Shown: positions 46,170 through 57,243, counted from the first letter of the stretch. The stretch is 64,000 nt of DNA from an uncultured Bacteroides sp. (GCA_964601975.1 CAZRPW010000001.1:93968-157967), one strand, 5' to 3'. The notes: generated from the sequence alone by a model not told the origin. Program-made: numbers and translations.

Positions 46170-49100
46170 TTAAACCTGGTTGGATTCGATCCAGGTGCGG
46201 GCATTCACAAAGGCTTCAAGCCAGGGAGTGGCTTCATCGTGCCTGCGTTCTGCCGGGTAGGTTCCGCATTGCCAGGGCTGGTAGGCGCGCTCCAGGTGAG
46301 GCATCATGGCCAGGTGGCGACCATCGGATGAACAGATGGCTGCAGTGTCAAAATCGGATCCATTTGGATTGGCAGGGTAGGTCGGGTGGCTATATTTTGC
46401 TGCAATGTGGTATTGTGCTTCCGGTTTGGGCAGCACAAATTTCCCCTCTCCATGAGCTACCCATACACCAAGATTCATGTCTGCCAGGGATCCCAGCATG
46501 ACAGAGTTGTTTTTCTGAACCCTGACTCCAAGGAAGGCCGATTCGAATTTGCCGGAGGCATTGTGTGCCATGCCTGGGGATTCATCGTGTTCGGGAACCA
46601 CCAGGTCCAGTTCAATCATCAGCTGACAGCCGTTACAGATTCCCAGGCTAAGCGTATCTTCCCGTTTGTAGAAATTCTCCAGTGCCATCCGGGCTTTTTC
46701 GTTATAGCGGAAAGCTCCTGCCCAGCCTTTGGCCGAGCCCAGCACATCGGAGTTGGAGAACCCGCCCACGAAGACAATCATCTTTATCTCTTCCAGGGTC
46801 TCGCGACCTGTAATCAGGTCGGTCATATGTACATCTTTTACATCGAAACCGGCCAGGTAGAGTGCATGGGCCATTTCCCTGTCACCATTGACTCCCTTCT
46901 CACGGATAATGGCAGCTTTCACTCCGCTATCGGAGCGTCTATGGGGATCAATTCCCAAACTTACAAAGCTTCCTTTAAATGCTTTGAGATTGAAATCGAT
47001 GGCATGTTTTTGATAGTTGTCTTTTCGTTCCGCCGCCAGCATTTCGCCCGATTGTTTCCGGTCCAGTAAGTAAGAGGTGCGGAACCAGTGCTGCCGGTAA
47101 TGGTCAATGTCAAGCTTCTGGCTGCCTTCCAGGGTTTGGAGCTGGATTTCCCGCTCTTCAATGGGCCTTCCGATGAGATGATGAAGTATCCCTTCCTTCT
47201 CAAGGATGGCAGTTACCTCACGGACATTTGCAACCTGAATTACTACGCCTGGTTTTTCACTGAAGAGGATGGAAGTGCTTTCGCCCGGGATGCCTGAGAT
47301 ATCAACTTCCATTCCACCCCCGGTATTGGAATAGCACATCTCCATCAGGGTGGTTATTAAACCTCCGGCTGAAACATCATGGCCGGAAAGTATCTTTTCT
47401 CCTTCAATGAGGGATTGAAGCAGGTTAAATGTTTTTACAAAATAGGCAGGGTCTTTTACAGTGGGAGCTTCGGTGCCCAGCCTGTTCATATATTGTGCAA
47501 ATGAGCTTCCTCCCAGTTTGAACCCATCCCTTGAGAAATCCACATAGATAACCCGGGATTCAGCATCATTTACAAGAACAGGCTCAATAATCTTACGTAT
47601 ATCTGTAACTTCGGCAGCCGCTGAGATAATCACGGTGCCGGGAGCATAGACCACCTGGTCCTTGTATTTCTGGGTCATGGAGAGGGAGTCTTTCCCGGTG
47701 GGGATATTGATTCCCAATTCGATAGCGAAATCACTGGCCGCGCTGGCCGCTTCAAATAACCGGGCATCCTCGCCCTCGTTTTTGCAGGGCCACATCCAGT
47801 TAGCAGACAGGGAAATGCTCTTGATCTGGTCGGGCATGGGGGCCCAGACCAGGTTGGTGAGTGCTTCGGCAATGGCCAGCACAGATCCTGCTGCTGCATC
47901 TACCATCGCGGCAACCGGGGCGTGCCCGATGGAGGTGGCATAGCCCTTCACACCCTGGAAATCAAGGGCAACAGCGCCCAGGTTGTTCAGCGGGAGTTGC
48001 AGGGGGCCGGCACACTGCTGTTTCGCAATTTTTCCAGTTACCGAGCGGTCCACCTTGTTGGTGAGCCAGTCTTTGCAGGCCACAGCCTCCAGTTGCATTA
48101 CACCCTCCAGGTACTGGGCCAATTGGGAAGGGTCTGCTTCAATTTCATGATAGGTGGTATGCAGACTTTGGTCCTGCATAATGGTCCGGGGTGGTTTCCC
48201 GAACATGTCGGTCAGCTCCAGGTCCATGGGTTTCTCACCCGTTTTTTCACTTTCAAATGTGAACCTGTGGTCCATGGTAATCTCGCCAACAATGTATATG
48301 GGTGCCCGTTCCCGCCTGGCGATCCGCACCAGTTCGTCCACATCTTCAGCCTTCATTACCAGTCCCATGCGTTCCTGGGATTCATTTCCAATGATCTCCT
48401 TTGCCGAGAGGGTGGGGTCACCCACGGGCAGTTTGTCCAGGTGGATGATTCCTCCGGTGGCTTCTACCAGCTCTGAAAGGCAGTTCAGGTGACCACCTGC
48501 CCCATGGTCGTGGATACTTACAACCGGGTTGAGTCCAGCTTCGGACATGGCCCGGATCGCATTGTAAACCCGCTTCTGCATTTCAGGGTTGGCACGCTGA
48601 ACGGCATTCAGCTCAATAGCATTTTCAAATTCTCCGGTATCCACTGAAGAGACTGCTCCTCCACCCATGCCGATTCGATAGTTATCTCCACCCATGAGTA
48701 CCACCACATCACCCTTTTGAGGGATGGACTTTTCGGCATCGGCAAGTTTACCATAACCGATTCCACCGGCCATCATAATCACTTTGTCAAAGCCAAACTG
48801 TTTCCCATTTTCGCCATGTTCAAAGGTGAGCAGGCTACCACAGATCAGGGGCTGTCCGAATTTATTTCCAAAATCACTGGCGCCGTTTGATGCTTTGATC
48901 AGAATCTCTTCCGGGGTTTGGTAAAGCCAGGGTCTTTCGGGTAAAGCTTCTTCCCAGTTTCGACCTTTACCCAACCTCGGGTAGGAGGTCATGTAGACCG
49001 CCGTTCCAGCCATGGGTATGGCTCCCTTGCCGCCCGCAATACGGTCCCGGATTTCCCCGCCTGTCCCGGTGGCTGCCCCATTGAAGGGTTCCACTGTGGT

Positions 49101-49856
49101 GGGGAAGTTATGGGTTTCTGCTTTAAGAGATAGTACGGTATCAATATCACTTACCCGGAAAAAATCGGATGTGTCCTGCGCTGTCGGAGCAAATTGTTCT
49201 ACCCTGGGGCCTTTTACAAAGGAGCAATTGTCCTTGTAGGCAGAAATCACATGGTTCGGGTTGGTGGCTGTTGTACGTTTGATAAGCTGGAAGAGGGATG
49301 ACTCCTTCTCTTCCCCGTCAATTATGAAGGTGCCATTGAATATTTTATGCCGACAGTGTTCCGAATTTACCTGCGAGAATCCAAATACTTCACTGTCTGT
49401 AAGGGGTCTGCCAATTCGCTTGCTGACTCCCTCCAGGTATTCAATCTCATCGGGGTTCAGGGCAAGCCCTTCTTTCTGGTTATAGGCAGCAATATCAGAA
49501 ATTTCAATTACTGGTTCGGGTTCTTTATCGATGGTGAAGAGATTCTGATCAAGATCTTTGTAGAGGGCCTGCAGCATGGGGTCAAAGGAGGCTTCCTTTC
49601 CTTTTACGCCGAAAAACTCTTCAATTCTTCTAATGCCCGCAATCCCCATATTCTGCGCTATTTCAACCGCATTGGTGCTCCAGGGTGTAATCATTTCCCT
49701 GCGTGGCCCCACATGATATCCTTCCACTGTTCCAGCTGTCAGCAAAGTAGCCTCTCCAAAGAGCCACTCCAGCTTTTCAATGGTAACTGTCTCAAGTTCG
49801 GAGGATGCCTCCAGTGCAATATTTTTGTTGTCAGGGACCTGGAAAAAGTAGATCAT
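46170..49856 (-). CDS. purL: Phosphoribosylformylglycinamidine synthase (single-chain large PurL)
   Basis: 1228 aa. FGAM synthase N-terminal domain, duplicated AIR-synthase-like domains (SEHCRHK, GGAAGH-like blocks) and a C-terminal glutaminase domain (LGICNGCQ). Confidence 0.95.
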   Translation of the reverse strand: MIYFFQVPDNKNIALEASSELETVTIEKLEWLFGEATLLTAGTVEGYHVGPRREMITPWSTNAVEIAQNMGIAGIRRIEEFFGVKGKEASFDPMLQALYKDLDQNLFTIDKEPEPVIEISDIAAYNQKEGLALNPDEIEYLEGVSKRIGRPLTDSEVFGFSQVNSEHCRHKIFNGTFIIDGEEKESSLFQLIKRTTATNPNHVISAYKDNCSFVKGPRVEQFAPTAQDTSDFFRVSDIDTVLSLKAETHNFPTTVEPFNGAATGTGGEIRDRIAGGKGAIPMAGTAVYMTSYPRLGKGRNWEEALPERPWLYQTPEEILIKASNGASDFGNKFGQPLICGSLLTFEHGENGKQFGFDKVIMMAGGIGYGKLADAEKSIPQKGDVVVLMGGDNYRIGMGGGAVSSVDTGEFENAIELNAVQRANPEMQKRVYNAIRAMSEAGLNPVVSIHDHGAGGHLNCLSELVEATGGIIHLDKLPVGDPTLSAKEIIGNESQERMGLVMKAEDVDELVRIARRERAPIYIVGEITMDHRFTFESEKTGEKPMDLELTDMFGKPPRTIMQDQSLHTTYHEIEADPSQLAQYLEGVMQLEAVACKDWLTNKVDRSVTGKIAKQQCAGPLQLPLNNLGAVALDFQGVKGYATSIGHAPVAAMVDAAAGSVLAIAEALTNLVWAPMPDQIKSISLSANWMWPCKNEGEDARLFEAASAASDFAIELGINIPTGKDSLSMTQKYKDQVVYAPGTVIISAAAEVTDIRKIIEPVLVNDAESRVIYVDFSRDGFKLGGSSFAQYMNRLGTEAPTVKDPAYFVKTFNLLQSLIEGEKILSGHDVSAGGLITTLMEMCYSNTGGGMEVDISGIPGESTSILFSEKPGVVIQVANVREVTAILEKEGILHHLIGRPIEEREIQLQTLEGSQKLDIDHYRQHWFRTSYLLDRKQSGEMLAAERKDNYQKHAIDFNLKAFKGSFVSLGIDPHRRSDSGVKAAIIREKGVNGDREMAHALYLAGFDVKDVHMTDLITGRETLEEIKMIVFVGGFSNSDVLGSAKGWAGAFRYNEKARMALENFYKREDTLSLGICNGCQLMIELDLVVPEHDESPGMAHNASGKFESAFLGVRVQKNNSVMLGSLADMNLGVWVAHGEGKFVLPKPEAQYHIAAKYSHPTYPANPNGSDFDTAAICSSDGRHLAMMPHLERAYQPWQCGTYPAERRHDEATPWLEAFVNARTWIESNQV

Positions 49857-49893
49857 ATGGATGTGTTTAGAATTTACCCCTTAATTAATTGTG

Positions 49894-49901
49894 CAAAGAT
49901 A
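49894..49901 (-). promoter_or_regulatory. Candidate -7 promoter box (TATCTTTG) for purL
   Basis: The reverse complement of caaagata is a perfect TAnnTTTG match, 38 nt upstream of the purL ATG. No clear -33 element. Confidence 0.35.
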
Positions 49902-49980
49902 CATGATATGTTGAATGATGGAAGCGTTTTTTTTCATTGGAAATGAATGTCTATATTGCAAAAAATTAACCTTAGAGTTC

Positions 49981-51642
49981 ATGATACAGCAGAATTTGAT
50001 AAAGTTTTATGAGAGGAGTTTTTCCGAGAATTGGGATCTTCCTGCTCTTTCCAATTATGATGGAATCACATTTAGTTATGGCGAGGCTGCCAAACAGATC
50101 GCTAAACTGCACCTGCTATATGAGGGACTGGGGGTTAAGAAGGGCGATAAGATTGCGGTTTTTGGTAAGAATTCTGCCCAGTGGTGTGTCACCAGCATGA
50201 GCGTGCTTACCTATGGGGCTGTGATTGTTCCTATTCTGGCCGACTTCAAGCCCAAAGATGCGCATACCATCATCAATCACTCCGATTCGGTCGTGCTCAT
50301 TGTGGATAAGCAGATTATGGATACCCTATCAGAGCCGGAACTTAAGAATGTGAAGGCCATTCTTTCAATTGATGAGTTTGAAATTCTTTCATCCAAACCC
50401 TCTGAAGCATTTAAGAAAAGCCATGATCAACTCGATGAGCTGCTCAAGGAGAGATGCAAGGGTGAGTTTACCAGGGAGCATATCAAATATGCAGAGGTAG
50501 ATAACAGTGAGGTGGCTCAGATCAATTATACTTCAGGTACAACCGGGTTTAGTAAGGGTGTGGTTCTTACTGCCAACAGTCTGGCAGGAAATGTGGATTA
50601 TGCAATCCGCTCCATCGAATTAAATGCGGGTGAGAAGATGCTTTCTATAATTCCCCTGGCTCACTGCTATGGGTTTGCCTTTGATTTTCTCTTTCCAATG
50701 GCCGTGGGTGTTCATGTGACCATCCTGGGAAAGATTCCCGCTGTTCCGGTGATCCTGAAAGCCTTCTCGGAAATTAAACCCCACCTTATACTTTTTGTTC
50801 CGATCTTCTTTGAAAAACTTTTTAAGAAGAAAGTCTTACCGACCCTGCAGAAAGGATCCATAAAAGTTCTCACAAAAATTCCCGGTATCAAGGGCCTGAT
50901 ATATGGTGCCATTAGGAAAAAGCTCTATGAATCATTTGGAGGGAGATACAGGGAAGCTGTCCTGGGAGGAGCTGCACTGGGGGCTGAAGCAGAAGAGTTC
51001 TTTACGAAAATTAAATTTCCCTTTACAATTGGTTATGGAATGACAGAATGTGGCCCGTTGATTTCGTATGCGAGTCATGCTACCACCAGGAGAAGGTCAA
51101 GTGGGAAGATACTGGATGTGATGGAGTTGAAAATTGATTCGGATAAGCCCTATGAGGTTCCGGGTGAAATTCTCGTAAAAGGAGAGGTCCTGATGGAAGG
51201 CTACTATAAGAATGAGGAAGCTACCAAAGAGGCAATTGATACCGATGGATGGCTGCATACAGGTGACCTTGGAGTCACGGATGAGGATGGATTCATATAT
51301 ATTAAGGGAAGAAGCAAAAGCATGTTGCTGGGTTCCTCCGGGCAGAATATTTATCCCGAAGAGATAGAGTCTCAATTAAACAACATGCCCTTCATCAGTG
51401 AGTCAGTGGTTTTGATGAACCAGGACCACAGGCTGGAAGCGCTTGTCTACCCGGATATGGAGCAGGTGAAGGCCGATGGAGTTTCTGATCAGCTTGAAGC
51501 CATCATGGAGGAGAACCGTAAGGAGATCAATGCGCACCTGGCAGCCTATTCAAGCCTGCTGAAGATACGCATCCATGATAAAGAATTTGAGAAAACTCCG
51601 AAGAGAAGCATCAAGCGTTTCCTCTATTCTCTGGAGGAATAG
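49981..51642 (+). CDS. AMP-dependent long-chain acyl-CoA synthetase/ligase
   Basis: Start at the internal ATG 49981 (MIQQNLIKFYE). AMP-binding motif YTSGTTGFSKGVVLT, plus GYGMTE and WLHTGDLG motifs. Confidence 0.85.
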   Translation: MIQQNLIKFYERSFSENWDLPALSNYDGITFSYGEAAKQIAKLHLLYEGLGVKKGDKIAVFGKNSAQWCVTSMSVLTYGAVIVPILADFKPKDAHTIINHSDSVVLIVDKQIMDTLSEPELKNVKAILSIDEFEILSSKPSEAFKKSHDQLDELLKERCKGEFTREHIKYAEVDNSEVAQINYTSGTTGFSKGVVLTANSLAGNVDYAIRSIELNAGEKMLSIIPLAHCYGFAFDFLFPMAVGVHVTILGKIPAVPVILKAFSEIKPHLILFVPIFFEKLFKKKVLPTLQKGSIKVLTKIPGIKGLIYGAIRKKLYESFGGRYREAVLGGAALGAEAEEFFTKIKFPFTIGYGMTECGPLISYASHATTRRRSSGKILDVMELKIDSDKPYEVPGEILVKGEVLMEGYYKNEEATKEAIDTDGWLHTGDLGVTDEDGFIYIKGRSKSMLLGSSGQNIYPEEIESQLNNMPFISESVVLMNQDHRLEALVYPDMEQVKADGVSDQLEAIMEENRKEINAHLAAYSSLLKIRIHDKEFEKTPKRSIKRFLYSLEE

Positions 51643-51663
51643 ACAGGCCTTTCGGGGGCATCC

Positions 51664-52227
51664 CTAGTAGGACATGCCCTTATACACCTTTGATGTTGCT
51701 GGACGCACCAGGTAACCCGAATAACTTAACCGTCCGGGCCAGCTGGAACTAACTGAGGCATCGGCTCTCCCTTCTCCAAAAACGGTCATGCGAACATCGT
51801 AGTTGCCAGTGGAGGAACGCACATTATAACTAACGCTGTAGGTGCCGTTCTTCTCGTTGAGTTCGTATTTGTAGTTGGAAATGGGTCCTTCTATGGTGAT
51901 GCCGCCCACTCCGTTCATTCCTACATAGCTGTTGCTGCCGATCTGAATTACCCCGTTTACAGAGTCACACGCGATAAAATTGATCATTGAAGAAACGTTA
52001 ACCGTGTTGCCTCTTTTGTCTCTGAGCTGGTCTGCTTCCAGGACAAATTGCTGGTGTTCCACCATTAATCGGGTGAGCAGCATTTTCTGCTTTGCCTCAT
52101 CAGCCAGCTGTTCTTTTTTGAGCTGCTTCTGAAGTGCTTTTTGCTCTTTTTTACTGAGCTCCGGCTCCTGTGAGAAGCCTGGAATAGCCAATACCAGGGC
52201 CAGACAAAAGATTAGTACCTGTTTCAT
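51664..52227 (-). CDS. Hypothetical secreted protein (possibly DUF4251-like)
   Basis: 187 aa. Signal peptide, a coiled-coil-like KKEQK segment, then a beta-rich domain. The family name is recalled only loosely. Confidence 0.45.
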   Translation of the reverse strand: MKQVLIFCLALVLAIPGFSQEPELSKKEQKALQKQLKKEQLADEAKQKMLLTRLMVEHQQFVLEADQLRDKRGNTVNVSSMINFIACDSVNGVIQIGSNSYVGMNGVGGITIEGPISNYKYELNEKNGTYSVSYNVRSSTGNYDVRMTVFGEGRADASVSSSWPGRLSYSGYLVRPATSKVYKGMSY

Positions 52228-52317
52228 TGTAAAAAAATTAAAAGATTTCCTTAGCTTAACGTTCTAAAGGGCTGCTTGTTTAACTCTAAAGTAATATTTT
52301 CAAACCAGATTACAATC

Positions 52318-53043
52318 ATGAGTAAAAAGAACCTGGCAATTTTTACGATCATCGTTTTTGCTGTTGGGTTTAGCTATTCACAGGATCGGGCCGACAGTAT
52401 CCATAAAAACTCCCTGAAGGTTAACATTGCAGCAAGCGCTTTTAAGAAGCTGACAATGGGTTATGAGCGGCAGATTGATGAAAGATGGTCCATGCAAATG
52501 TCGGCCGGGTACAAATTCGGAGGGAAAATTCCTAGGTTTTTAGGCCTGGGAAATTTTGTATTTACCAGTAAGACTGCCGGCCTGAGGGGCTTTTCATTTA
52601 CACCCGATGTGAGATACCATTTTAAAAATTGTGAATGTTCGGGCCAGACCGGTCTTTATGCAGGTGCCTATTTAAATGTGGCCAAACTATATGGAGAAGT
52701 GGATTTTAACTACTGGACCGGGACCGAATATATTGACGTTGGGGGTGCTGGCAGTTTGCAGGAATATGGCATCGGCCTGGAATTGGGATACCAGTTTGTA
52801 TTTAAGAAAAGGTGGATCGTAGACCTTATGTTCATGGGGCCCCGGACCTCCTTTCAGCGTTTGAAGGTGGGGTTGGATTCTGATTTTGCGAATGAAGTGA
52901 TCCCCCTGATCGAAGAAGAAATCAACAAACGGCTCGAATGGTGGGGCATGGATCCCATCTCCATAGAACCGAACGCCGATGCTGTGGTGGATTTCCGTTT
53001 TAATAATTTCAGATATACTATATCTGTAGGCTACCTTTTTTAA
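52318..53043 (+). CDS. Putative outer-membrane beta-barrel protein
   Basis: Start at the internal ATG 52318 (MSKKNLAIFTIIVFAVGFSYSQ). Alternating beta-strand pattern and a terminal aromatic (VGYLF). Confidence 0.5.
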   Translation: MSKKNLAIFTIIVFAVGFSYSQDRADSIHKNSLKVNIAASAFKKLTMGYERQIDERWSMQMSAGYKFGGKIPRFLGLGNFVFTSKTAGLRGFSFTPDVRYHFKNCECSGQTGLYAGAYLNVAKLYGEVDFNYWTGTEYIDVGGAGSLQEYGIGLELGYQFVFKKRWIVDLMFMGPRTSFQRLKVGLDSDFANEVIPLIEEEINKRLEWWGMDPISIEPNADAVVDFRFNNFRYTISVGYLF

Positions 53044-53059
53044 ACAGCAATTCTAATTT

Positions 53060-55516
53060 TTAATTCATGCCCCTGACCTGGGCCCCAAACTCTTTCTCGA
53101 AGGCCCTGGCAAGATTCTTCATTACCTTATCAATTTGCTTATCGGTCAGTGTTTTATGCTCATCCAGCAGGGTAAAGGAGAGGGCGTAGGATTTTTTACC
53201 AACTTCAATTTTATCACCCTCGTAAACATCAAACAAGGCTACCTGTTTCAGGAGATTTCTTTCGGTCTTTAGGGCAAGTTTTCGAAGCGATTCAAAGCTT
53301 ACAGACTTGTCCAGTAGTAGAGAGAAATCCCTGTTTACCACCTGGAACCTGGGCAGGGGTTTGAAAAGGATGCGGTGTTTGGTGACAGCCTCAAGGAGTA
53401 GATCCCAGTCAAATTCTGCGGCATATACATCCTGCTTTATATCGAAGAGCTTCAGTTTGGAGGAGGTGAGTTTCCCAAACTCTACCAGGGTTTTCTCCTC
53501 GAACATATATGCCTGGCTCTCTATATAGTGCTCACTATTTCCTCCCCTGGTTTCAAGAGACAAGGGATCGATACCTGTTTTCAGCAGGACACTCTCAACA
53601 TATCTGAGCAGAGCAGGGAATGAGGCTTTTCCTGCAGTTTGCATCCAGTTGCCCGGAGTTGAATTCCCCGACATGAAGATGCCCATTCGTAATTCTTCAC
53701 GAAAGCGCTCTTCAGTTAAGGTGCTATTGCTCTCCGGGTTCAGGAAATAGCAGTGCCCGAATTCATAGAGTTTTAAATCGGCATTTTTCCGGTTGATATT
53801 GTAGGCCACTGCTTCCAATCCACCATTCAGCAAATTCTTCCTCATGTGTGATAAATCCTGGCTTAGTGGATTGAAGAGCCGAACTGCTGTGGGATCCTCT
53901 TCCTCCTTTGTATCGTGATAGGAAGCTTTGGTGAGTGAATTGGATTTCATTTCGTAAAATCCATTATCGGTAAGCAAGTCTGAGACCATGTTCACGATCT
54001 TCTCCTTATCGGGTTTCTCCGACCAGGAGAGTGTGGAGCGGACTCCGGAACCGATCTCCACACGGTTAAAGCCGTAAATCCTTAATATTTCTTCAATCAC
54101 ATCGGCCTCTCTCTGGACATCTACCCTGTAGGGAGGGATGCGGAGCAGAAATCCTTTTTCATTTTCAAATTCCACCACCATGTCCAGTGATTGCACAATG
54201 GATTTAACAGTTTCAGGTGGTATCGGATTACCAATGAGTCTGTCTACATTGGAGAAGAGAATTTCCACCTGGAAGTCCTCTGCCGGCTCGGGATAAATAT
54301 CAATTACTTTGGAAGAAATGCTTCCCCCTGCGATTTCCCTGATCAGCTGGGCAGCACGCTTTAAGGCCCAGATCGTATTGTTTGGGTCGGTGCCCCTTTC
54401 AAACCTGAATGATGCGTCTGTATTAAGTACGTGATGTTTGGCGCTCTTACGGATATAGACCGGGTCAAAACAAGCCGATTCAAGAAAGATGTCTTCTGTA
54501 TCAGCGTTTACGCCTGATTGAATGCCCCCGAATACCCCGGCTATGCACATTCCTTCATCCCTGCTGCAGATCATAAGATCTGTGTCCAGCAGGGTGCGCT
54601 CCTGATTGTCCAGGGTAGTAAATTTTGTTCCGGCAGGCAAGGTTTTTACGATTACCTGGTTTCCTGCTATTTTTGCAGCATCAAAAGCATGAAGGGGTTG
54701 TCCGGATTCGTGCAGGACGAAATTGGTGATGTCTACTACGTTATTGATAGGGGTCTGACCAATAGAACGTAAACGGGTCTTAAGCCATTCGGGGCTTTCT
54801 CCAACGCTTATCCCACTCATCGTAAGCCCTGAATAACGTTTGCATCCTGCCTTTTCTTCGACGCTTATATCCATGGGCAGTTTGATATTGTCCTTGCTGA
54901 AATCCTCTATGGATGGCAGCCTGACATTCATCGTTTTTGTCTGGCTGAACCAGGCTGCAAGGTCACGGGCTACTCCAAGATGTGAGGCGGCATCAATCCG
55001 GTTGGGAGTAAGGCCGATTTCAAAGATGGTGTCATTTTCGATTTTGAAATAATCTGCAGCCGGACTGCCTGTTTCTGAGTCCGGATCAAGGACCATAATT
55101 CCGTCGTGTGAAGAACCCAGTCCCAGTTCGTCCTCAGCACAGATCATTCCCAGTGAGGTTTCTCCCCGTATTTTTGTTTTCTTGATCACAAAACTTTCAT
55201 CACCCGAATAGAGTGTAGCTCCGACGGTGGCCACGGGCACCTTCTGTCCGGCAGCCACATTGGGTGCTCCGCAAACGATCTGAACCGGCTCCTCCTCGCC
55301 TACATCAACAGTGCATACAGAGAGCTTATCTGCGTTTGGGTGTTTGGTGCAGGTGAGCACCTCACCTATAAGTATCCCTTCCAATCCGCCTCTGACCGAC
55401 TGAAATGTCTCCATTCCTTCAACCTCGAGGCCAATGTTTGTGAGGATGTCACTCAGTTCTTCAACAGGAAGGTCAAGCGGAAGATACTCTTTCAGCCAGT
55501 TATGGGAAATTTTCAT
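53060..55516 (-). CDS. pheT: Phenylalanine--tRNA ligase beta subunit
   Basis: 818 aa. MKISHNWLKEYL N-terminus, tRNA-binding domain, B3/4 and B5 domains, and a C-terminal anticodon-binding-like domain. Confidence 0.95.
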   Translation of the reverse strand: MKISHNWLKEYLPLDLPVEELSDILTNIGLEVEGMETFQSVRGGLEGILIGEVLTCTKHPNADKLSVCTVDVGEEEPVQIVCGAPNVAAGQKVPVATVGATLYSGDESFVIKKTKIRGETSLGMICAEDELGLGSSHDGIMVLDPDSETGSPAADYFKIENDTIFEIGLTPNRIDAASHLGVARDLAAWFSQTKTMNVRLPSIEDFSKDNIKLPMDISVEEKAGCKRYSGLTMSGISVGESPEWLKTRLRSIGQTPINNVVDITNFVLHESGQPLHAFDAAKIAGNQVIVKTLPAGTKFTTLDNQERTLLDTDLMICSRDEGMCIAGVFGGIQSGVNADTEDIFLESACFDPVYIRKSAKHHVLNTDASFRFERGTDPNNTIWALKRAAQLIREIAGGSISSKVIDIYPEPAEDFQVEILFSNVDRLIGNPIPPETVKSIVQSLDMVVEFENEKGFLLRIPPYRVDVQREADVIEEILRIYGFNRVEIGSGVRSTLSWSEKPDKEKIVNMVSDLLTDNGFYEMKSNSLTKASYHDTKEEEDPTAVRLFNPLSQDLSHMRKNLLNGGLEAVAYNINRKNADLKLYEFGHCYFLNPESNSTLTEERFREELRMGIFMSGNSTPGNWMQTAGKASFPALLRYVESVLLKTGIDPLSLETRGGNSEHYIESQAYMFEEKTLVEFGKLTSSKLKLFDIKQDVYAAEFDWDLLLEAVTKHRILFKPLPRFQVVNRDFSLLLDKSVSFESLRKLALKTERNLLKQVALFDVYEGDKIEVGKKSYALSFTLLDEHKTLTDKQIDKVMKNLARAFEKEFGAQVRGMN

Positions 55517-55560
55517 GAAAATGCTTTTGCTGTTTAAGGTGCAAAAGTAGTGCTTTTAGC

Positions 55561-55995
55561 TCATGATCGCAACAGCTCTTTTGCATGTTCAAAGAGTATG
55601 CTTTGTACCTCCGGGTAGGTGAGAGAAGAAGGGAGGCTGGAAGCCAGCCGGACTTCACCGATTTCGTGCTCCAGTAAGGTCCCTCTTTCAAGAACCTCAG
55701 CCCCGTAAAGTCGTCCCGATTCGGTTTTCCCTTTTACGGTGACCTGGTAATCACAGAGGTGTTCAAGGGTGGCGTTCCTGGTTCCGGTTTCCTCCCTTAA
55801 TTCCCTGCCGGCAGCTTCTTCAGCATTTTCACCCACTTCGATATGACCTGCGGGCATTTCCCATGTATGTCGGTCGCGATGACGCACAAAAACCCACTTT
55901 CCCATTTCCCTTGCTGCAATTATAACATAGATCAGTTTCGATTCATCGATACTTCCTGTGGGGAGTATCCGGGTTTGGGGAGTTTTTTTATGCAT
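55561..55995 (-). CDS. NUDIX hydrolase
   Basis: 144 aa. Complete Nudix box GHIEVGENAEEAAGRELREETG. Confidence 0.85.
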   Translation of the reverse strand: MHKKTPQTRILPTGSIDESKLIYVIIAAREMGKWVFVRHRDRHTWEMPAGHIEVGENAEEAAGRELREETGTRNATLEHLCDYQVTVKGKTESGRLYGAEVLERGTLLEHEIGEVRLASSLPSSLTYPEVQSILFEHAKELLRS

Positions 55996-56120
55996 GATGG
56001 CAGCAATCAGAGTATTTTATATTCATTTCATCCTTAGGTGAATTGAATATTCAGCTTTTAATCTATCAGGACAATAAAATGAAGAGAAATGTTCAAAGAA
56101 TAATTGTTATTAATTTTCGA

Positions 56121-56128
56121 TATTTTTG
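56121..56128 (+). promoter_or_regulatory. Candidate -7 promoter box (TATTTTTG) for surE
   Basis: Perfect TAnnTTTG match 35 nt upstream of ATG 56163. Confidence 0.35.
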
Positions 56129-56162
56129 TAGCCTTATTTTGTAGAGATATAAATTTTTCCGA

Positions 56163-56963
56163 ATGAATAAAAAACCATTAATATTGGTTACTAACGATGA
56201 CGGAATTGCGGCAAAGGGGATGAACTCGCTTATCCAGGTTGCACGGGAATTCGGGACTGTAGTGGCTATTTCAACAGAGACTCCCATGTCGGGGATGTCC
56301 CATGCGATTACTATAAAGGTTCCCCTGCGTGTCACACTTGTGGAGGAGGAACAGGGATTTAAGAAATATCTAACCAACGGAACACCGGTCGATTGTGTGA
56401 AGCTGGCTTTTCACAGCCTGATGGACCGTCGGCCCGACCTGGTGCTGTCGGGGATTAACCACGGCTCAAATTCATCTTCCAGCATTCTCTACTCGGGTAC
56501 TATGGGTGCTGCAATGGAGGCTGCAATTAACCACATTCCTTCCATTGGATTTTCTCTTTTGAGTTATAAGCCTGATGCAGATTTTGTTGCCTCACAACAG
56601 GTGGCAAGGGAGATTATCAGCAAGGTGCTCGACGAGGGGCTGCCCGAGGGCATTTGCCTGAATGTGAATGTTCCGGAAGTCCCTGCAGAAGCGCTGAAGG
56701 GAGTTAAAATTTGTAGTCAGGCCAACGGTTTCTGGAAGGAGGAATTTGAGAAGCGAAAGGATCCCACCGGGAAGGATTATTACTGGCTTACAGGATTTTT
56801 CCATAACCGGGAACCCGATGACGGGGGAGAGGGAACCGACGAATGGGCCCTGGCTCATCACTATGCTTCAGTGGTACCGGTGAATACTGATTTAACCGCC
56901 CATGCCCTGCTTAAAAAAATAGGGCACTGGGAAACTTCAATTATAGAAGATGGTAGTAAATAA
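56163..56963 (+). CDS. surE: 5'/3'-nucleotidase SurE
   Basis: 266 aa. ILVTNDDGIAAKGMNSL and SGINHGSN motifs. Confidence 0.92.
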   Translation: MNKKPLILVTNDDGIAAKGMNSLIQVAREFGTVVAISTETPMSGMSHAITIKVPLRVTLVEEEQGFKKYLTNGTPVDCVKLAFHSLMDRRPDLVLSGINHGSNSSSSILYSGTMGAAMEAAINHIPSIGFSLLSYKPDADFVASQQVAREIISKVLDEGLPEGICLNVNVPEVPAEALKGVKICSQANGFWKEEFEKRKDPTGKDYYWLTGFFHNREPDDGGEGTDEWALAHHYASVVPVNTDLTAHALLKKIGHWETSIIEDGSK

Positions 56964-57243
56964 AAAATTTGATTCAATGGCCCTGGGCCTGATTAGCGGG
57001 CTTGTTCTTCCAATTGTTACCCTGGTGGTAATATGGCTTATTCGTTTCGATGGGGGATTGGGTGAATTCTTATCCTCTTTTCAAAGGATGAGTATGCTGA
57101 GCAAGGTTATTTCCCTGTCGGCCTTGCCCAATTTGCTGCTTTTTTTCCTGTTTATATGGACCAACAGGACATTTTCAGCCAGAGGCGTTATCTTTGGCAC
57201 TCTGGTGGTGGCCATGGTCATGCTGGCACTTAAATTCGCGTAA
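56950..57243 (+). CDS. Small hypothetical membrane protein
   Basis: 97 aa with three hydrophobic segments, between surE and lpxB. The start is uncertain (alternative ATG at 56977). Confidence 0.45.
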   Translation: MVVNKKFDSMALGLISGLVLPIVTLVVIWLIRFDGGLGEFLSSFQRMSMLSKVISLSALPNLLLFFLFIWTNRTFSARGVIFGTLVVAMVMLALKFA